From Octopus sinensis (taxonomy: Eukaryota): DNA of 45,659 nt. Both the position numbers and the translations under genes were made by a program. Positions 1-12,410 of this stretch are shown here, piece by piece; position 1 is the first letter of the stretch, and each line of letters starts with the position of its first letter. The stretch covers positions 1 through 45,659 of the forward strand of contig NW_021834803.1 of NCBI RefSeq assembly GCF_006345805.1, in the 5' to 3' direction. Below the pieces are notes generated by a model. The model saw only the letters and a list, made by a program, of their open reading frames with translations. It did not search any database and was not told where the DNA came from.

Positions 1-58
1 CACCAACACCATTTATCAAGTGTTGATGGTGGGAATGTAAACACAGACAAAAACACAT

Positions 59-95
<37 letters not shown>

Positions 96-100
96 CGTAC

Positions 101-136
<36 letters not shown>

Positions 137-168
137 GCAGATATATCTATGTATATATATATATACAT

Positions 169-722
169 ATCATCATCATTTAACGTTCGCTTTCCATGCT
201 GGCATGGGTTGGACGGTTTGACTGGGGCTGACAAGCCAGGAGGCTGCAGCAGGGTCCAATCTGATCTGGTAAAGTCTCTACAGCTGGATACTCTTCCTAA
301 CACCAACCACTCCGAGAATGTAGTGGGTGCTTTTTATGTGCCACCAGCACGTGGGCCAATCAGGCAGTACTGGCATCGACTACGCTTGAATGATATTTTT
401 TTACATGCCACCGGCATGAGTTCCAGTCAACCGGCACTGGCATCAGCCACGCTCAAATGGTGCTTTTTATGTGTCACCAGCATCGGAGCCAGTCAGGTGG
501 CTCTGGCAACGATCACACTCAAATGGTGCTTTTTATGGGTGCCAATCAGGCAGTTCTGTCATTGGCCACAACAACAATTTCACTTGCCTCAACAGGTCAT
601 CACAAGCACAGTTTATTGCCGAATGATTGAGGGATACTCTTAGATGGGTCGGTTATGCTGCACTGGCATATGCCACAGTTACAGTCTCACTGGCTTGCAG
701 GTCTTCTCAAGCACAGCATATT
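169..722 (-). mobile_element. RTE-clade LINE 3' end (ORF end, 3' UTR with ~60-bp subrepeats, (GAT)n tail)
   Basis: The minus strand encodes the ORF end YAVLEKT, then several GTGGCAC..AAAAAGCACC subrepeats. It then has the GTTAGGAAG(G/A)G..TCCAGCTGTAG motif shared with other copies in the window and ends ACGTTAAATGATGATG. Confidence 0.85.
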
Positions 723-834
723 GTTGAAATTTACAGAAAAAACAAAAGATGAAGACACAGTGTATAAATAAGAAGGTGTATAAATTTGACGCATATATAT
801 ACATGCTTAGTCCAAATTACACTTAAGGAGCATT

Positions 835-1044
835 GGACTGGTTTCCCACTTTCACTGTTGTATATATTCCTCCCTGGACAGGATGCTGGTCTGTGACAGG
901 ACTATTCATTCTTATCAGCTGGCCAGACTGGAGCAGCCTGAAGTGGAGTGTTTTGCTCAAGAACACAATGCATTACCCAGTTCAGAAATCAAAACCATAA
1001 TCTTATGACCATGAGACCGACAGCCTAACCACTAAACCATGTGC
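835..1044 (-). mobile_element. tRNA-headed SINE (family D/F head), decayed
   Basis: The head GCACATGGTTTAGTGGTTAGG is identical to the copy at 11306 and is followed by TGTTCTTGAGCAAAACAC. Confidence 0.7.
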
Positions 1045-1046
1045 TC

Positions 1047-1190
1047 TATCTATCTGTCTGTCTGTCTGTCTGTCTGTCTATCCGTCTGTCTGTCTGTCTG
1101 TCTGTCCATCCATCCATCCATCTATCTATCTATCTGTCTATCTATCTATCTATCTATCTATCTATATATATAATATATATATATATATCG
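1047..1190. repeat. compound (TCTG)n(TCCA)n(TCTA)n(TA)n microsatellite
   Basis: Direct reading. Confidence 0.95.
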
Positions 1191-1524
1191 TATGTAAATT
1201 ATATAGTGTTACCTAAATTTAAATCGTACAACAAAAAGACATGATTTAGAACTCCATATATATTCTGTATATGAAAAGGAAACAGTATGTAAAACTTGTA
1301 CATACATACATATATATATATATAGTCAATAACGGTAAAATTAATTAATTAGTAATTAATAATTTTACTAAGCAGTGTTCAGTAGTAGAGGAAATAGCTA
1401 AATTCTTTGGCTGCTATTTCTAAAATTTCGGTGTGTGGTAAAGTAAATTTTTTTTTGCTGAACCCTAATTATATAAAGTAATATATACACACACCACAAC
1501 ATATATATATATATATATATAATA

Positions 1525-2834
1525 CAGGGTGTCCCAAAAAATGTATAAAGTATTAGTAAGCAGCAAGAGGTACTCAGCACACACCCACACCTCGGGTAGG
1601 TGGCCCTGCTCACCTGTAGGAAATGGTACAGGTAGAAACTCCATAAGATGCACCCATGTAAGTTATGGACACATAAGAGTTCACGCAACATTAAAGGAAA
1701 TTAACAGATAAGATAGCTTTCATGTGCGGCAGATGCACAGGACAATAGACACAACAGACACTCAGAAAACAGATTCCATCACACTCCAGGGAGAGAAACT
1801 AGAAGTAGTTGATAGTTTCCGCTACCTGGGTGACCAAGTTAGTAGCGGAGGTGGATGCACAGAGAGTATCACCACTAGAATACGAATAGCCTGGGCAATT
1901 CAGAAAGCTCCTACCCCTACTGGCAACAAAAGGTCTCTCCCTCAGAGCAAAGGTAGATTGTATGATGCATGTGTGTGAACTGGCCATGCTTCACGGTAAT
2001 GAAACATGGCTGTGTGACTGCAGAAGACATGCGTAGACTTGAAAGAAATGAAGCTAGCATGATCCGCTGGATGTGTAATGTCAGTGTGCACGCAAGAAGA
2101 GTGTAAGCATCCTGAGAGAAATGCTGGATATAAGAAGCATCAGATGTGGTGTGCAAGAGCGACGCTGCGATGGTCATGTGCTGCGGATGGATGAAGAGAG
2201 ATGTGTGAAGAAGTGCCACTCCCAAACAGTTGAAGGTATCAGTGGGAGAGGTAGACCCAGAAGACTGGGATGAGGTAGTCAAGCATGACCTCAGAGCATT
2301 GGGCCCTCACTGAGGCATTGGCGAAGGACCGAGATCTCTGGAGATATGCTGTGACTACAAGACCCGGGCGGCTTTCTGGCAGCAATTCCACATACCCCCT
2401 ACCCATTCTAAGTACCCCGGATCCCCAAAGTACCCTGGATCCCCAAATACCCCGATCCAAAGTACCCCGGACCTTGTTTTGCCCCCGTGCCGCTGACACG
2501 TTGAAAGCTCGAACTGATCGTGACCGATGCCGGACCCTCCGCCCCTGTGCAGGTGGCACGTAAAAAGCACCCAATCCACTCACGAGTGGTTGGCGTTAGG
2601 AAGGGCATCCAGCCGTAGAAACTCTGCCAGATTCAGACTGGAGCCTGGAGCGGCCCCTGGCTTCCCAGACCCGGTCGAACCGTCCAACCCGTGCTAGCGC
2701 GGAAAGTGGACGTTAAACGATGATGATGATGATAGTGGTTCGGCAAAAGAGAACGATAGAATAAGTACTAGGCTTACAAAGAAAACAAATTTACAATTAT
2801 ATAAGGTGTGTATACATTTTTTTGGGACACCCTG
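1525..2834. mobile_element. Tc1/mariner-type terminal inverted repeats with TA target duplication, enclosing an RTE fragment
   Basis: CAGGGTGTCCCAAAAAATGTATA at 1525-1547 and TATACATTTTTTTGGGACACCCTG at 2811-2834, with TA outside both (1523-1524, 2835-2836). Confidence 0.85.
1547..2733 (+). mobile_element. 5'-truncated RTE-clade LINE (frameshifted RT C-terminal half, 3' UTR, (GAT)n tail)
   Basis: Across frameshifts it reads LEVVDSFRYLGDQVS, RIRIAWA, KGRLYDACV, GHVLRMDEERCVKKC, GRGRP.KTW, KDRDLWRYAV, which are typical RTE RT-thumb motifs. It ends ACGTTAAACGATGATGATGAT. Confidence 0.92.
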
Positions 2835-2868
<34 letters not shown>

Positions 2869-3377
2869 GCATGCTACTTAATGTCAAGTGAATGAGAAAG
2901 GATACTCAATACATGTTTCACCTGATCACAATGGCATGAAGCGCAAATCATGAAACAAACTCTCTGCTTCAGTTTTTATAGAAAACCTGTGTGTGTGTGT
3001 GTATACACGTGCATTCGTGCACACACACACACCTGTACATACATGCATTTTTCTGGTGCTTCCATATGTTCCATGAAAGCACAAAGTCTGCCTCTTGGAG
3101 AGTCCCTTTCTAAGGTGAAAACTTGGTTACTGTTTTTCTTCTATGAAAGGCTGGTAGTTTCATTTGCATGTGAGGCTTCCTATGCAAAGAAAAGGCAGGG
3201 CCCCTTTATAGTTTGGGATCAGTGTTGTCACGGGCATTGCTGTTAGGCTGCTCAAAGTAGAAAGAGATACTATACTTCAAGGTAGTCCATCCTATGTCCC
3301 AGCAATTCCATTAGTTTACCATTTTGGCTTGGTAGTTTATTTTAGCCACCCCAAAAGATTGAAAGCCAGAGATCAAG

Positions 3378-3617
3378 TTGTGTTCTTGAGCAAGACACTT
3401 TATTTCATGTTGTTCCAGTTCACCCAGCTGTAGAAATGAGTTGTGACATCACTTTTGCCAAGTTGTATCAGACATTGCCTTTCCCATGGATAACATCAGT
3501 GGTATGGTATGCATGGACGACTGCCAGTCTTCTATAAACAACCGTGTTTTGACCTGTACCTCAGAGGGGAACTTCCTAAGTGCAATCCCATGGTCATTAA
3601 TGACCAAAGGGATCCTT
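3378..3617 (+). mobile_element. SINE body (family E), decayed
   Basis: TTCTTGAGCAAGACACTTTATTTCA...CAGCTGTAGAAATGAGTT; a related copy lies at 39034-39243. Confidence 0.65.
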
Positions 3618-3799
3618 TACACACACACACACACACATACACACACACATGTGCACACACATATATATATTTATGTAGCATGGTGAGCAGACATTAATGA
3701 TGATGATAATATTCACACACACATGCATGTATAATATATTTATAAAACGGGTTTCCGTACAGTTTTTGTGAGCCAGATTCAATCTCACAAGACATTATT

Positions 3800-4052
3800 C
3801 AGTTGAAGACGGAAACTGAATGAAGCCTGTCATATATATGTGTGTGTGTGTGTTTTTACCCCCCCCCCCATCGCTTGACAACTGGTGTTGGCGTGTTTAC
3901 GTCCTCGTAACCTAGCAGTTCAGCAAAAGAGATCAATAGAATAAGTGCTAGGCTTACAAAAAAATAAGTCCTAGGATCGATTTCTTCGACTAAAGGTGGT
4001 GCTCCAGCATGGTCGCAGTCAAATGACTGAAACAATTTAAAGAATAAAAGAA
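3800..4052 (+). mobile_element. SINE family A, 5'-truncated
   Basis: Matches the body and tail of the full copies at 16844 and 23683 (GACGGAAACTGAA ... GGTGCTCCAGCATGGTCGCAGTCAAATGACTGAAAC). Confidence 0.85.
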
Positions 4053-4228
4053 TTTGACATAATCCCAAATCCCATAGGGAAAAATACTCTGGAGTAGTTT
4101 AAAATCTTCAGTTTCAATAATAAATTTAAGCTAAAAAAAATATTTGACAGTCAATATTCAGTCAATAATTTAGCCTCTTGTTTTTTACTCTTCAATTCTA
4201 ACAAAAACATTTGGATAATGTCATTTAA

Positions 4229-4686
4229 CCCTTTTGTTACCTTATTTCTGTTGAGATGTTCTGTGTTTCTTTCAATTCATTTAAAATATTATAAAGAATT
4301 TTGTAAAATAACTTCGTTATCATTAAGCTAGTGTTAGGAACAACAATTGTGATTAAGGTTTGGTGGAAGATTCTAATTCGAAACTTTTGAAAACAAGACA
4401 TCTGTACTGAGAGCCAGAGGTAGTTTCAGCCAGGTAGAGAATTGTTTCTCTGTTATATATTTTAACCCTTTGGTTAGCGTATTTCTGTTGAGATGATCTG
4501 TGTTTCTCTCAATTAATTTTAAATATAACAAAGAATTTAGTAAAATAACTTAGTTATCATTAAGCTAGTGTTAGGAACATAAATTGTGATTAAGGTTTTG
4601 TGGAAGATTTTAATTCAAAACTTATGAAAACAAGACATCTGTACTGAGAGCCAGAGGTAGTTTCAGCCAAGTTGGTAACGAAAGGG
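4229..4686. mobile_element. tandem pair of ~220-bp piggyBac-like MITEs (TTAA-CCCT...AGGG)
   Basis: Copy 1 is 4229-4435 (right end damaged). Copy 2 is 4466-4686 with TIRs CCCTTTGGTTAGC / GGTAACGAAAGGG. TTAA precedes both. Confidence 0.8.
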
Positions 4687-5094
4687 TTTACAAGACTTTT
4701 AACAATAACTATGTACTTGAAACACATGAAATAAAATGTATTTTGTTGTTGATTTGAGTACTGAGAAAGAAAAGGATTTGGTTATATTTATCTATTTTGT
4801 TGGTTAGTTTTGTTGTTATTTAATTCATACTTATTGACAGGCAGTTTTTCTCTGCCTGGTTGCTTCCCCTTAGTGGCATTTTATCCACGTTTATGTTCTG
4901 AGTTCAAATTCTGCTGTGGTCAACTTTGCCTTTTATCCTTTCAGGGTCAATAACAGAAGTACCAGTTGAATACTGGGCTCGAGGTAATTGACATATCTGT
5001 CCAAAAATTTGCAAGCCTTGGGCCAAAATTTGAAACCATTATTATTAAGTGACAGAGCCATGTTTCCCATCAAAGGGGCACTGGGGTAAAATAT

Positions 5095-5540
5095 ACGAAT
5101 CCCAGTATACCCATCATGATTACCCGTCTGATAAAGGTACACCAGGCACATGCATCACAACCATATGTGCAGGACATGGTGATCTCATATCAAGATAAAC
5201 AGTGCATGACCTTACAGATGGGGCCCAGTTAGAATTTTCTTCCGGTCTAGTAGCCCATCCCATTTAAATGGTCCTTGAATAAGGGTTGTTTAAGGATGTT
5301 GAATCAAACACTCATATTTCCAGAGGTGAATTATTCAAGCCCCAAAGAATTCCTCTCAAACTTGGCTATGATGCTCCCCCACTACTTCTGGTCATGATCA
5401 GAGATGCACATATCGTCAGCCACTAAGGGACATGCTCAACTGGTTATGGTCAAACAACTGACAAGCAAATCTGTGGTATTAAGCAGAATATTTGCTATAA
5501 CCTATCTTTTATACCAAGACAAAACAATGTACATGATAAC
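5095..5540. repeat. unclassified interspersed repeat
   Basis: Non-coding block, more GC-rich than its flanks, that I recall as a common octopus repeat. There is only one copy here, so it is not confirmed internally. Confidence 0.3.
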
Positions 5541-5594
5541 CTGTCATATCTATTGACTTTTCAGCTGGGTATGCTATATCTATGATCCAGCATA

Positions 5595-5633
<39 letters not shown>

Positions 5634-5874
5634 AGCAAATTATGGAGATAGACCTGTAACTTTTATATTCTGTGCAAAGGTGTTGAGGTTGATGCTATTG
5701 CCAGGAAGACCTGTAGTGATTATGAATTTCTACAAAGACTTGGAAAGGAAGGAAGGAGGGGAAGAATAGAGGAAGATGTCTTCATGCCAAAGACCCAGTC
5801 TGCTTACTTAAAGGTACACAATGACAAGATAGTAGCTTGACAGAATAAATATTGCAAGGCATCTAACACTTTAA

Positions 5875-6032
5875 CCCTGAACATCTGGCCTCTTACACCG
5901 ACCCTACAATGTCATTCTAAAACTAAATAATTAAATCATTGAAATCTCAAAGCTACAAGATAATGTAGGATCAATTCAAAACAATGCGAATAAATAAGCA
6001 TTACATTTGACAGGAATCTGAATGATAAGAGG
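5875..6032. mobile_element. second TTAA-flanked (piggyBac-like) MITE family, internally deleted
   Basis: TTAA at 5871-5874 and 6033-6036. The body TCTGGCCTCT..CCCTACAATGTCATTCTAAAACTAAAT recurs at 37596-37833. Confidence 0.7.
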
Positions 6033-6535
6033 TTAACAATTCCACCAGTCCACTAACATAAACTGGTATTTTATTTAACTGACCTCAGAAGAATAAAATG
6101 TAAATCTAACCTCTGTAGGATTTGAACTTGGAATGCTAGCAGGCAGAAGAAATCATTTGATACCTGTTGTTGGTGTTCAGTTTAAGATGTGTTGCCTATC
6201 AACTATTCATGATCTCTGATATTTGAAATTGGATGGATAGATAGATAGATAGATCGATAGATAGGATGGATGGGTAGACAAATAGAGAGATAGACAGATA
6301 GATAATTTGACAGAGAGACAGATAGATAAAGCAGGAGGGTGGGTAAGAAGAATGTAGTTTAACCACAGGCCAACGCTGAGGTGGTTGAACTGTAATCATA
6401 GTCATTCCAACTCAGATGTTCTCATATTTAACTTTCAGATTTCGAATATCCAGGACTTCATTATCCAATGTGTTATTCCTGATTTTCTTTTCTTCTCTGA
6501 AGATAGTAGGGTGTGATTTGACATTAACCTGGTGG

Positions 6536-6575
<40 letters not shown>

Positions 6576-8395
6576 GCTGCTGCTGCTTATTATTATTATA
6601 CTTGTAGCAGAACAAGCATTAAATTAGTCGTATGGCTGCTAGATTGAAGTTGAGTGGAGAAAGCAAGCGTCTAAGCTACACATCCACTTATATTTGTGTG
6701 TGTATATATATATATATATATACATAGCACTATTCTTGTTTGACCTTCAAGAAATTACACCCAGCCACCTTAGAGAAAATGTCATGGATGCAATGCGTGT
6801 CACCATAGGTTTGCTTGATCAGAGCCAAGCTGATTGAGGAAGAAAACGATAACAGCATCAACAACAACAGTGTATCATAACAAAAGAAATAATAATTGTT
6901 TTTTTTTAAATTTATCACAATGCCAGCTATTTTGAGGGGAGGGGCTACTTGATGCCATTGATCATAATCACTTTACTTGGCTGGTATTTTTATTTTATCG
7001 ACCCTGGGGTGATGAAAGACAAAGATGGCTTTGGTGGTATTTGAACTCAGGACATAAAGAGCATTAACAAAGGCACAAAGTCAAAAATATTGAGGGTTTT
7101 TTTTTTTTGTTGTTGTTTAAACCCAGTACTTTACTGGTACTGTATCCTATTGACCCCAGAGTGATGAAAAGCAAAGTTGACATTGGTGGTATTTGAACCC
7201 AGAACATAAAGAGCACTAACATTAGGCATGGAGCCAAAAGTTTCGAGCGGGTGATTTGTTGATTAACACCTTATCCCCACCCCACCCAGTACTTTATTGA
7301 TTTTGAGACCAAGTGATTCCTGAGGGTTGAAAGGCAAAGTTGACCTCAACAGTTTTCAAAGCCAGAGTGCAAAGGGATGGACCAATAGAGGAAAGCATGT
7401 TTCCCAATCTTCCACTAATTCTACCAGTTCACTCATCATTTTATATACTGATTCCGTGTTGTGTTGGATGCGATGTTTAAGATGTTTAACCCATGCTGAG
7501 TAGCTAGTATGTGTTGGACAGTTTCATCACAGTCCAAATCAGGTCTTATTTGAAATTATTGTGCCCTCTCCAATTAGAGGGCTCTAAGGAGCATACCACA
7601 CTCATACATTTCATTTTTGGCATGGATTCATTGGCTGGTTGCCATTCCTAATGCTGGCCACTTCACAGTGAGTAGAATCTTTCCTTCTAATACTGGCATA
7701 TGGCTATTAATAGTCAACTCTAAATCAATTACCGATACTTATTTTATCAATCTTGGCTGGATATAAAGCCAAAAACAGGGAGGAAAAATATTTCTTTACC
7801 TCTAGTAGAATTTGAACTTTGTACTTAGAGATTCATAACTAAATACCACAAGGTATTTTGATTGGTGCTCTACTGGTTCTTTAATGTTAAAGGAAAAAAT
7901 ATATAAAACATTGATGAGTGGGGTTTAAGGCATGGCTGGGTGGTAAGAAGTTTGTTTCTCAACCACATGGTTTCAGGTTTGATCCTAGTGCATGACACCT
8001 TCAACAAGTGGTTTCTATTATAACCCCAGGCTGAGAAATTAATGTACAAGTGAGGATATATAAACCTCAGAGGGAAAGAAATATCCAAGATTAGACCTTA
8101 TAGTAAAGGTACACACACATATATTATCATTATTATAACTAAGAGAGAAAATGGAGATAAGATTAATAAAATTTTATTAATACATTGACAACACCTACAA
8201 TTGTTTCAATTCATCACTTATAGTATAAAATCAATTTGGTTAATTATTATAAGCCAGAATATCATCAAGGAAGAACGTACAAAGAAATTTATATATATCA
8301 TACTGAAAACATAATGAAAACATTAATAATCAATCAGGAAAGATACAGTGTACCATTAAATAATACATATATATATATATATATATTATATATAT

Positions 8396-9332
8396 TCCAC
8401 CTGTGCATACCTTCCTCCTTGTGATACTTGTGAAGGCCTGTTGAGGCAAGTGAAAATCAAAATGAAATCAAACAAATCATCAAATCAAATCAAATCAAAA
8501 CAAATCAAAATAGATGAACATTAATGGAATTGTATCTTTGTGGTACCAGTGCCGGTGGCACACAAGAAAACCATCCGAACGTGGCCGTAGCCAGTACCGC
8601 ACCGACTGGCCTCCGTGCTGTGGGCACGTAACAAACACCATCCGATCGTGGCCGTTCGCCAGCCTCATCTGGCACCTGTGTCGGTGGCACATAAAAACAC
8701 CATCGAAGACCCGGCAAGACTAGTCAGGCCATAACCTGTGGCCCCTACCTGGGACGTAGTCAGTCCACCTGTGCATAACCTTCCTTCTTGTGACACTTGT
8801 GAAGACCTGTTGAGGCAAGTGAAAATCAAAACAAATCAAAATAGATGAACATCAATGGAATTGTATCTTTGTGGTACCAGTGCCGGTGGCACGTGGCATA
8901 CATACAAGAAAACATCCGAACGTGGCCGTAGCCAGTTACAGCATCGACTGGCCTCCGTGCTGTGGGCACGTAACAAACACCATCCGATCGTGGCCGTTTG
9001 CCAGCCTCATCTGGCACCTGTGTTGTGGCACATAAACAACACAATCCGAGCGTGGCCGTCTGCAGCCTCGTCTGGCACTGTGTCGGTGGCACATAAAAAA
9101 ACACATCCGAGCGTGGCCGTTTGCCAGCCTCGTCTGGCACCTGTGTCGGTGGCACATAAAATCAGCCACTACACTCTCGGAGTGGTTGGCGTTAGGAAGG
9201 GCATCCAGCTGTAGAAACACTGCCAGATCTAACTGGACTGGTGCAGCTTTCGGGCTCCCCAGACCCCAGTTGAACCGTCCAACCCATGCTAGCATGGAAA
9301 GCGGACGTTAAATGATGATGATGATGATGATG
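8396..9332 (+). mobile_element. RTE 3' region as a head-to-tail partial duplication
   Basis: TCCACCTGTGCATA...GAGGCAAGTGAAAATC starts at both 8396 and 8764. The ORF end (KTRQ) is at 8705, followed by many subrepeats and a (GAT)n tail. Confidence 0.85.
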
Positions 9333-9334
9333 AT

Positions 9335-9560
9335 ATATATGTGTGTGTGTTTGTGTTTGTCCCCCCACCCACCCAACATTGCTTGGCAACTGATGGTGGT
9401 GTGTTTGCATCCTTGTAGTTTAGCAGTTCGGCAAAAGAGACCGATAGAATAAGTACTAGACTTCCAATGAATAAGTTCTGGTGTTGATTTGCTTGACTAA
9501 AGGCGGTGCTCCAGCATAGCCACAGTCAAATGACTGAAACAAGTAAATGAGATAAAAGAG
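9335..9560 (+). mobile_element. SINE family A 3' half
   Basis: Body and tail match the full copies. Confidence 0.85.
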
Positions 9561-10124
9561 ACATAATGTAAAAATATACACAGTTATAAAAACAGTTATT
9601 GTCATTAATTAATATAAATAATAATAATAGTGATGCAGACATACCCATGCAAAAATACCATAAATGGTGATATGTAAAAGAACAATAGACAGGTTATTAA
9701 ATTATGGGTGTAGAGAAGTGAAATCATTAGGTAATAATAATAATAATATTTATGTATGTATGTATGAGCATGTGTGTATATGTTTTTGTATGTCTTTGTC
9801 CCTGCTGCTTCTGCTTGACAACCAGTGCTGCTTTGTTTACATCCCTGCAACTTAGCAGTTTTGCCTAACAGACTGATAAAATAAGTAGAAGTTCTAGCAT
9901 AGCTAGAGTGGTGGGGTGGAGGGGACAGTCCATCCTGCGTGGCACTTTTATGGAGGTGACACCACTTTTGGGTCTACTGTAGGCAATATGTATTTGTGTG
10001 TGTGTGTGTGTGTGTGGAGGCAAACTGAAGGGTCTCCTCAGGTGGCACATGTTCTAGCTATGCAGGTGAGTAGTAGACTTAAAAAAGAATAATTAAAGGT
10101 GGGGGTCAATTTGTTTGCCTAAAC

Positions 10125-10426
10125 CAGAGGTTCTCAAACTTTTTGGTCCATCCCCCACCTTGTAGCCACATCAACACCCCATCCCTATTATGAATAAATA
10201 AAAATTTTATATTTTACTAATTTATATAACACTATGAATCATTTAATATTATATAATTTGTATACAGTACTATAATAATATTATAAATTCATAAGTCTCC
10301 CCCAATCCACTGCCTTTCTCCCAATGCCTCCTTTTTCTTTACTGCCCCCTTAGACACCAGCTCCCACCTGGACCCTCTCAACGCCAACCGAGGGGGGTGG
10401 GGTAGCACCCATTTTGAGAACCTATG
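10125..10426. mobile_element. hAT (Charlie-like) MITE, 302 bp
   Basis: TIRs CAGAGGTTCTCAA / TTGAGAACCTATG. 8-bp target duplication GCCTAAAC (10117-10124) / GCCTAAAT (10427-10434). Confidence 0.85.
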
Positions 10427-10816
10427 GCCTAAATCCTTCTGAGTGGTGACCCAGCATGGCCACACACTGATGGCTGTAAGCAAGTAAAAGGTAAAAGATA
10501 AAATTATAAAAAGATATATCAAAGACAAAAATCAATGAATTGATCAAATAATCCCATTGACCAATGAATCAATAGGATAATCAATGTTCAATATATTGAT
10601 TAAATTATCACAACCAATAAAGGAATCAATTGACTGATTAGTATCTAAGTCTTTTCATTTCAAATCTTGGCTGCACTGATTCTGGACTATTTTATCAGAA
10701 TAAATGTATACATTATCTAGAATTAAATGTGTGTGTGTTCGCATCTATGTATATATGTATGTTTGCCTGTATGTATGTATATATGCAAGTATGTAATGTC
10801 TTTCTCTTTCTTTTTT

Positions 10817-11204
10817 TTCTTTTTACTTGTTTCAGTCATTTGAACTGCGCGCCATGCTGGAGCACCGCCTTTAGTCGAGCCCAGTACTTATTCTATTGTA
10901 AGCCCAGTACTTATTCTATCGGTCTCTTTTGCCGAACCACTAAGTGACGGGGACGTAAACACACCAGCATCGGTTGTCAAGCAATGCTAGGGGGACAAAC
11001 ACAGACACACAAACACACACACACATATATATATATATATACGACAGGCTTCTTTCAGTTTCCGCCTACCAAATCCACTCACAAGGCTTTGGTCGGCCCG
11101 AGGCTATAGCAGAAGACACTTGCCCAAGATGCCACGCAGTGGGACTGAACCCACAACCATGTGGTTGGAAAGCAAGCTACTTACCACACAGCCACTCCTG
11201 CGCC
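10817..11204 (-). mobile_element. full-length tRNA-headed SINE family A
   Basis: A box TGGCTGTGTGG, B-box-like GGGTTCAGTCCC, CORE-like CTTGGGCAAGTGTCTT, central (TA)/(TG) tract, GTAAAAG tail. Confidence 0.9.
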
Positions 11205-11305
11205 TATGTATGTATTTATGCATGTATGCATATATGTATGTCTATATACGTGTATGTATGTTATGTATGTATTTATGTATATATATATGTATGTACATAT
11301 GTGAA

Positions 11306-11625
11306 GGCACATGGTTTAGTGGTTAGGGTATTCGGCTCATGATTATAAGGCCGTAAGTTCAATTCCCAGTGATGTGCTATGTCCTTGAGCAAGACACTTT
11401 ATTTCACATTGGTCCAGTCCACTCAGCTGACAAAAATGAGTTGTACCAGTAATTCAAAGGGGCCAGCCATTTTGCATTTTGTGTCATGCCGAATCTCCCT
11501 GAGAACTACATTAAGGGTACACGTGTCTGTGGAGTACTCAACCACTTGCTCATTAATTTCATGAGCAGGCTGTTCCATCGATCAAATCAAGTGGGACCCT
11601 CATCATCATAACTGATGGAGTGCTC
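11306..11625 (+). mobile_element. tRNA-headed SINE family D, near full length
   Basis: A box TGGTTTAGTGG, B box AGTTCAATTCC, then TGTCCTTGAGCAAGACACTT. An antisense partial copy lies at ~43355-43530. Confidence 0.8.
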
Positions 11626-11629
11626 TCAT

Positions 11630-11980
11630 GTACACATGTACGGGTGGTACGTAAAAAGCACCCTTTGGACTTTGGGTCTCATGAAAGCAGTGACAAGTGA
11701 CCGAGACATTTGGCAATACACCGTGCTTTGGAAGACCTCTCAAGCGAAGTGAGATTGAAGTCATGGCCAATGCCGGTGCTTCGTAACTAGCATGCGTGTC
11801 GGTTACATGGCATGTAAAAACAGATACTACACTCTTGGAGTGGTTGGCGTTAAGAAGGGCATCCAGCTGTAGAAACACTGCCAGATCAGACTGGAGCCTG
11901 GTGCAGCTCCTCAGCTTACCAGTTCTCAGTTAAACCGTCCAACCCATACAGCATGGAAAACAGATGTTTAATGATGGAGA

Positions 11981-11981
<1 letters not shown>
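11630..11981 (+). mobile_element. RTE LINE 3' end
   Basis: LGLMKAVTSDRDIWQYTV-like ORF end plus the shared terminal module. Confidence 0.8.
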
Positions 11982-12022
<41 letters not shown>

Positions 12023-12186
12023 TATATATTATAAAATGAGATAGGGGTTGAAAATTCAACCCACCATGGATAATATATATCCAATATACTGCCATATGAT
12101 TGGGTATCATCGGATAGTTGATGTTTTATTGATTTAAGTATGTTTCTCCATTCTCTAATTTTGTAGTATATATATATATATATATA

Positions 12187-12410
12187 TTTCTTTACTGCCC
12201 AGAAGGGGCTAAACACAGAGTGGACAAACAAGGACAGACAAAGGGATTTAGTCGATTACATCGACACCAGTGCGAAACTGGTACTTTATTTATCGACCCC
12301 GAAAGGATGGAAGGCAAAGTCAACCTCGGCGGAATTTGAACTCAGAACGTAACGACAGACGAAATACCGCTAAGCATTTCGCCCGGCGCGCTAATGTTTC
12401 TGCCAGCTCC
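12187..12410 (-). mobile_element. full-length tRNA-headed SINE family B
   Basis: GAGCTGGCAGAAAC head, B box GAGTTCAAATTCC, central CCGAGGTTGACTTTGCCTTCCATCCTTTCGGGGTCGATAAAT domain. That domain resembles conserved central domains of widespread metazoan SINE superfamilies; the exact superfamily is unverified. Confidence 0.9.

Noticed and set aside
5680-5760. Similarity of GVEVDAI...YEFLQRLGK to the C-terminus of RLE-type non-LTR elements
   Set aside because: Too few matching residues and no flanking motifs.
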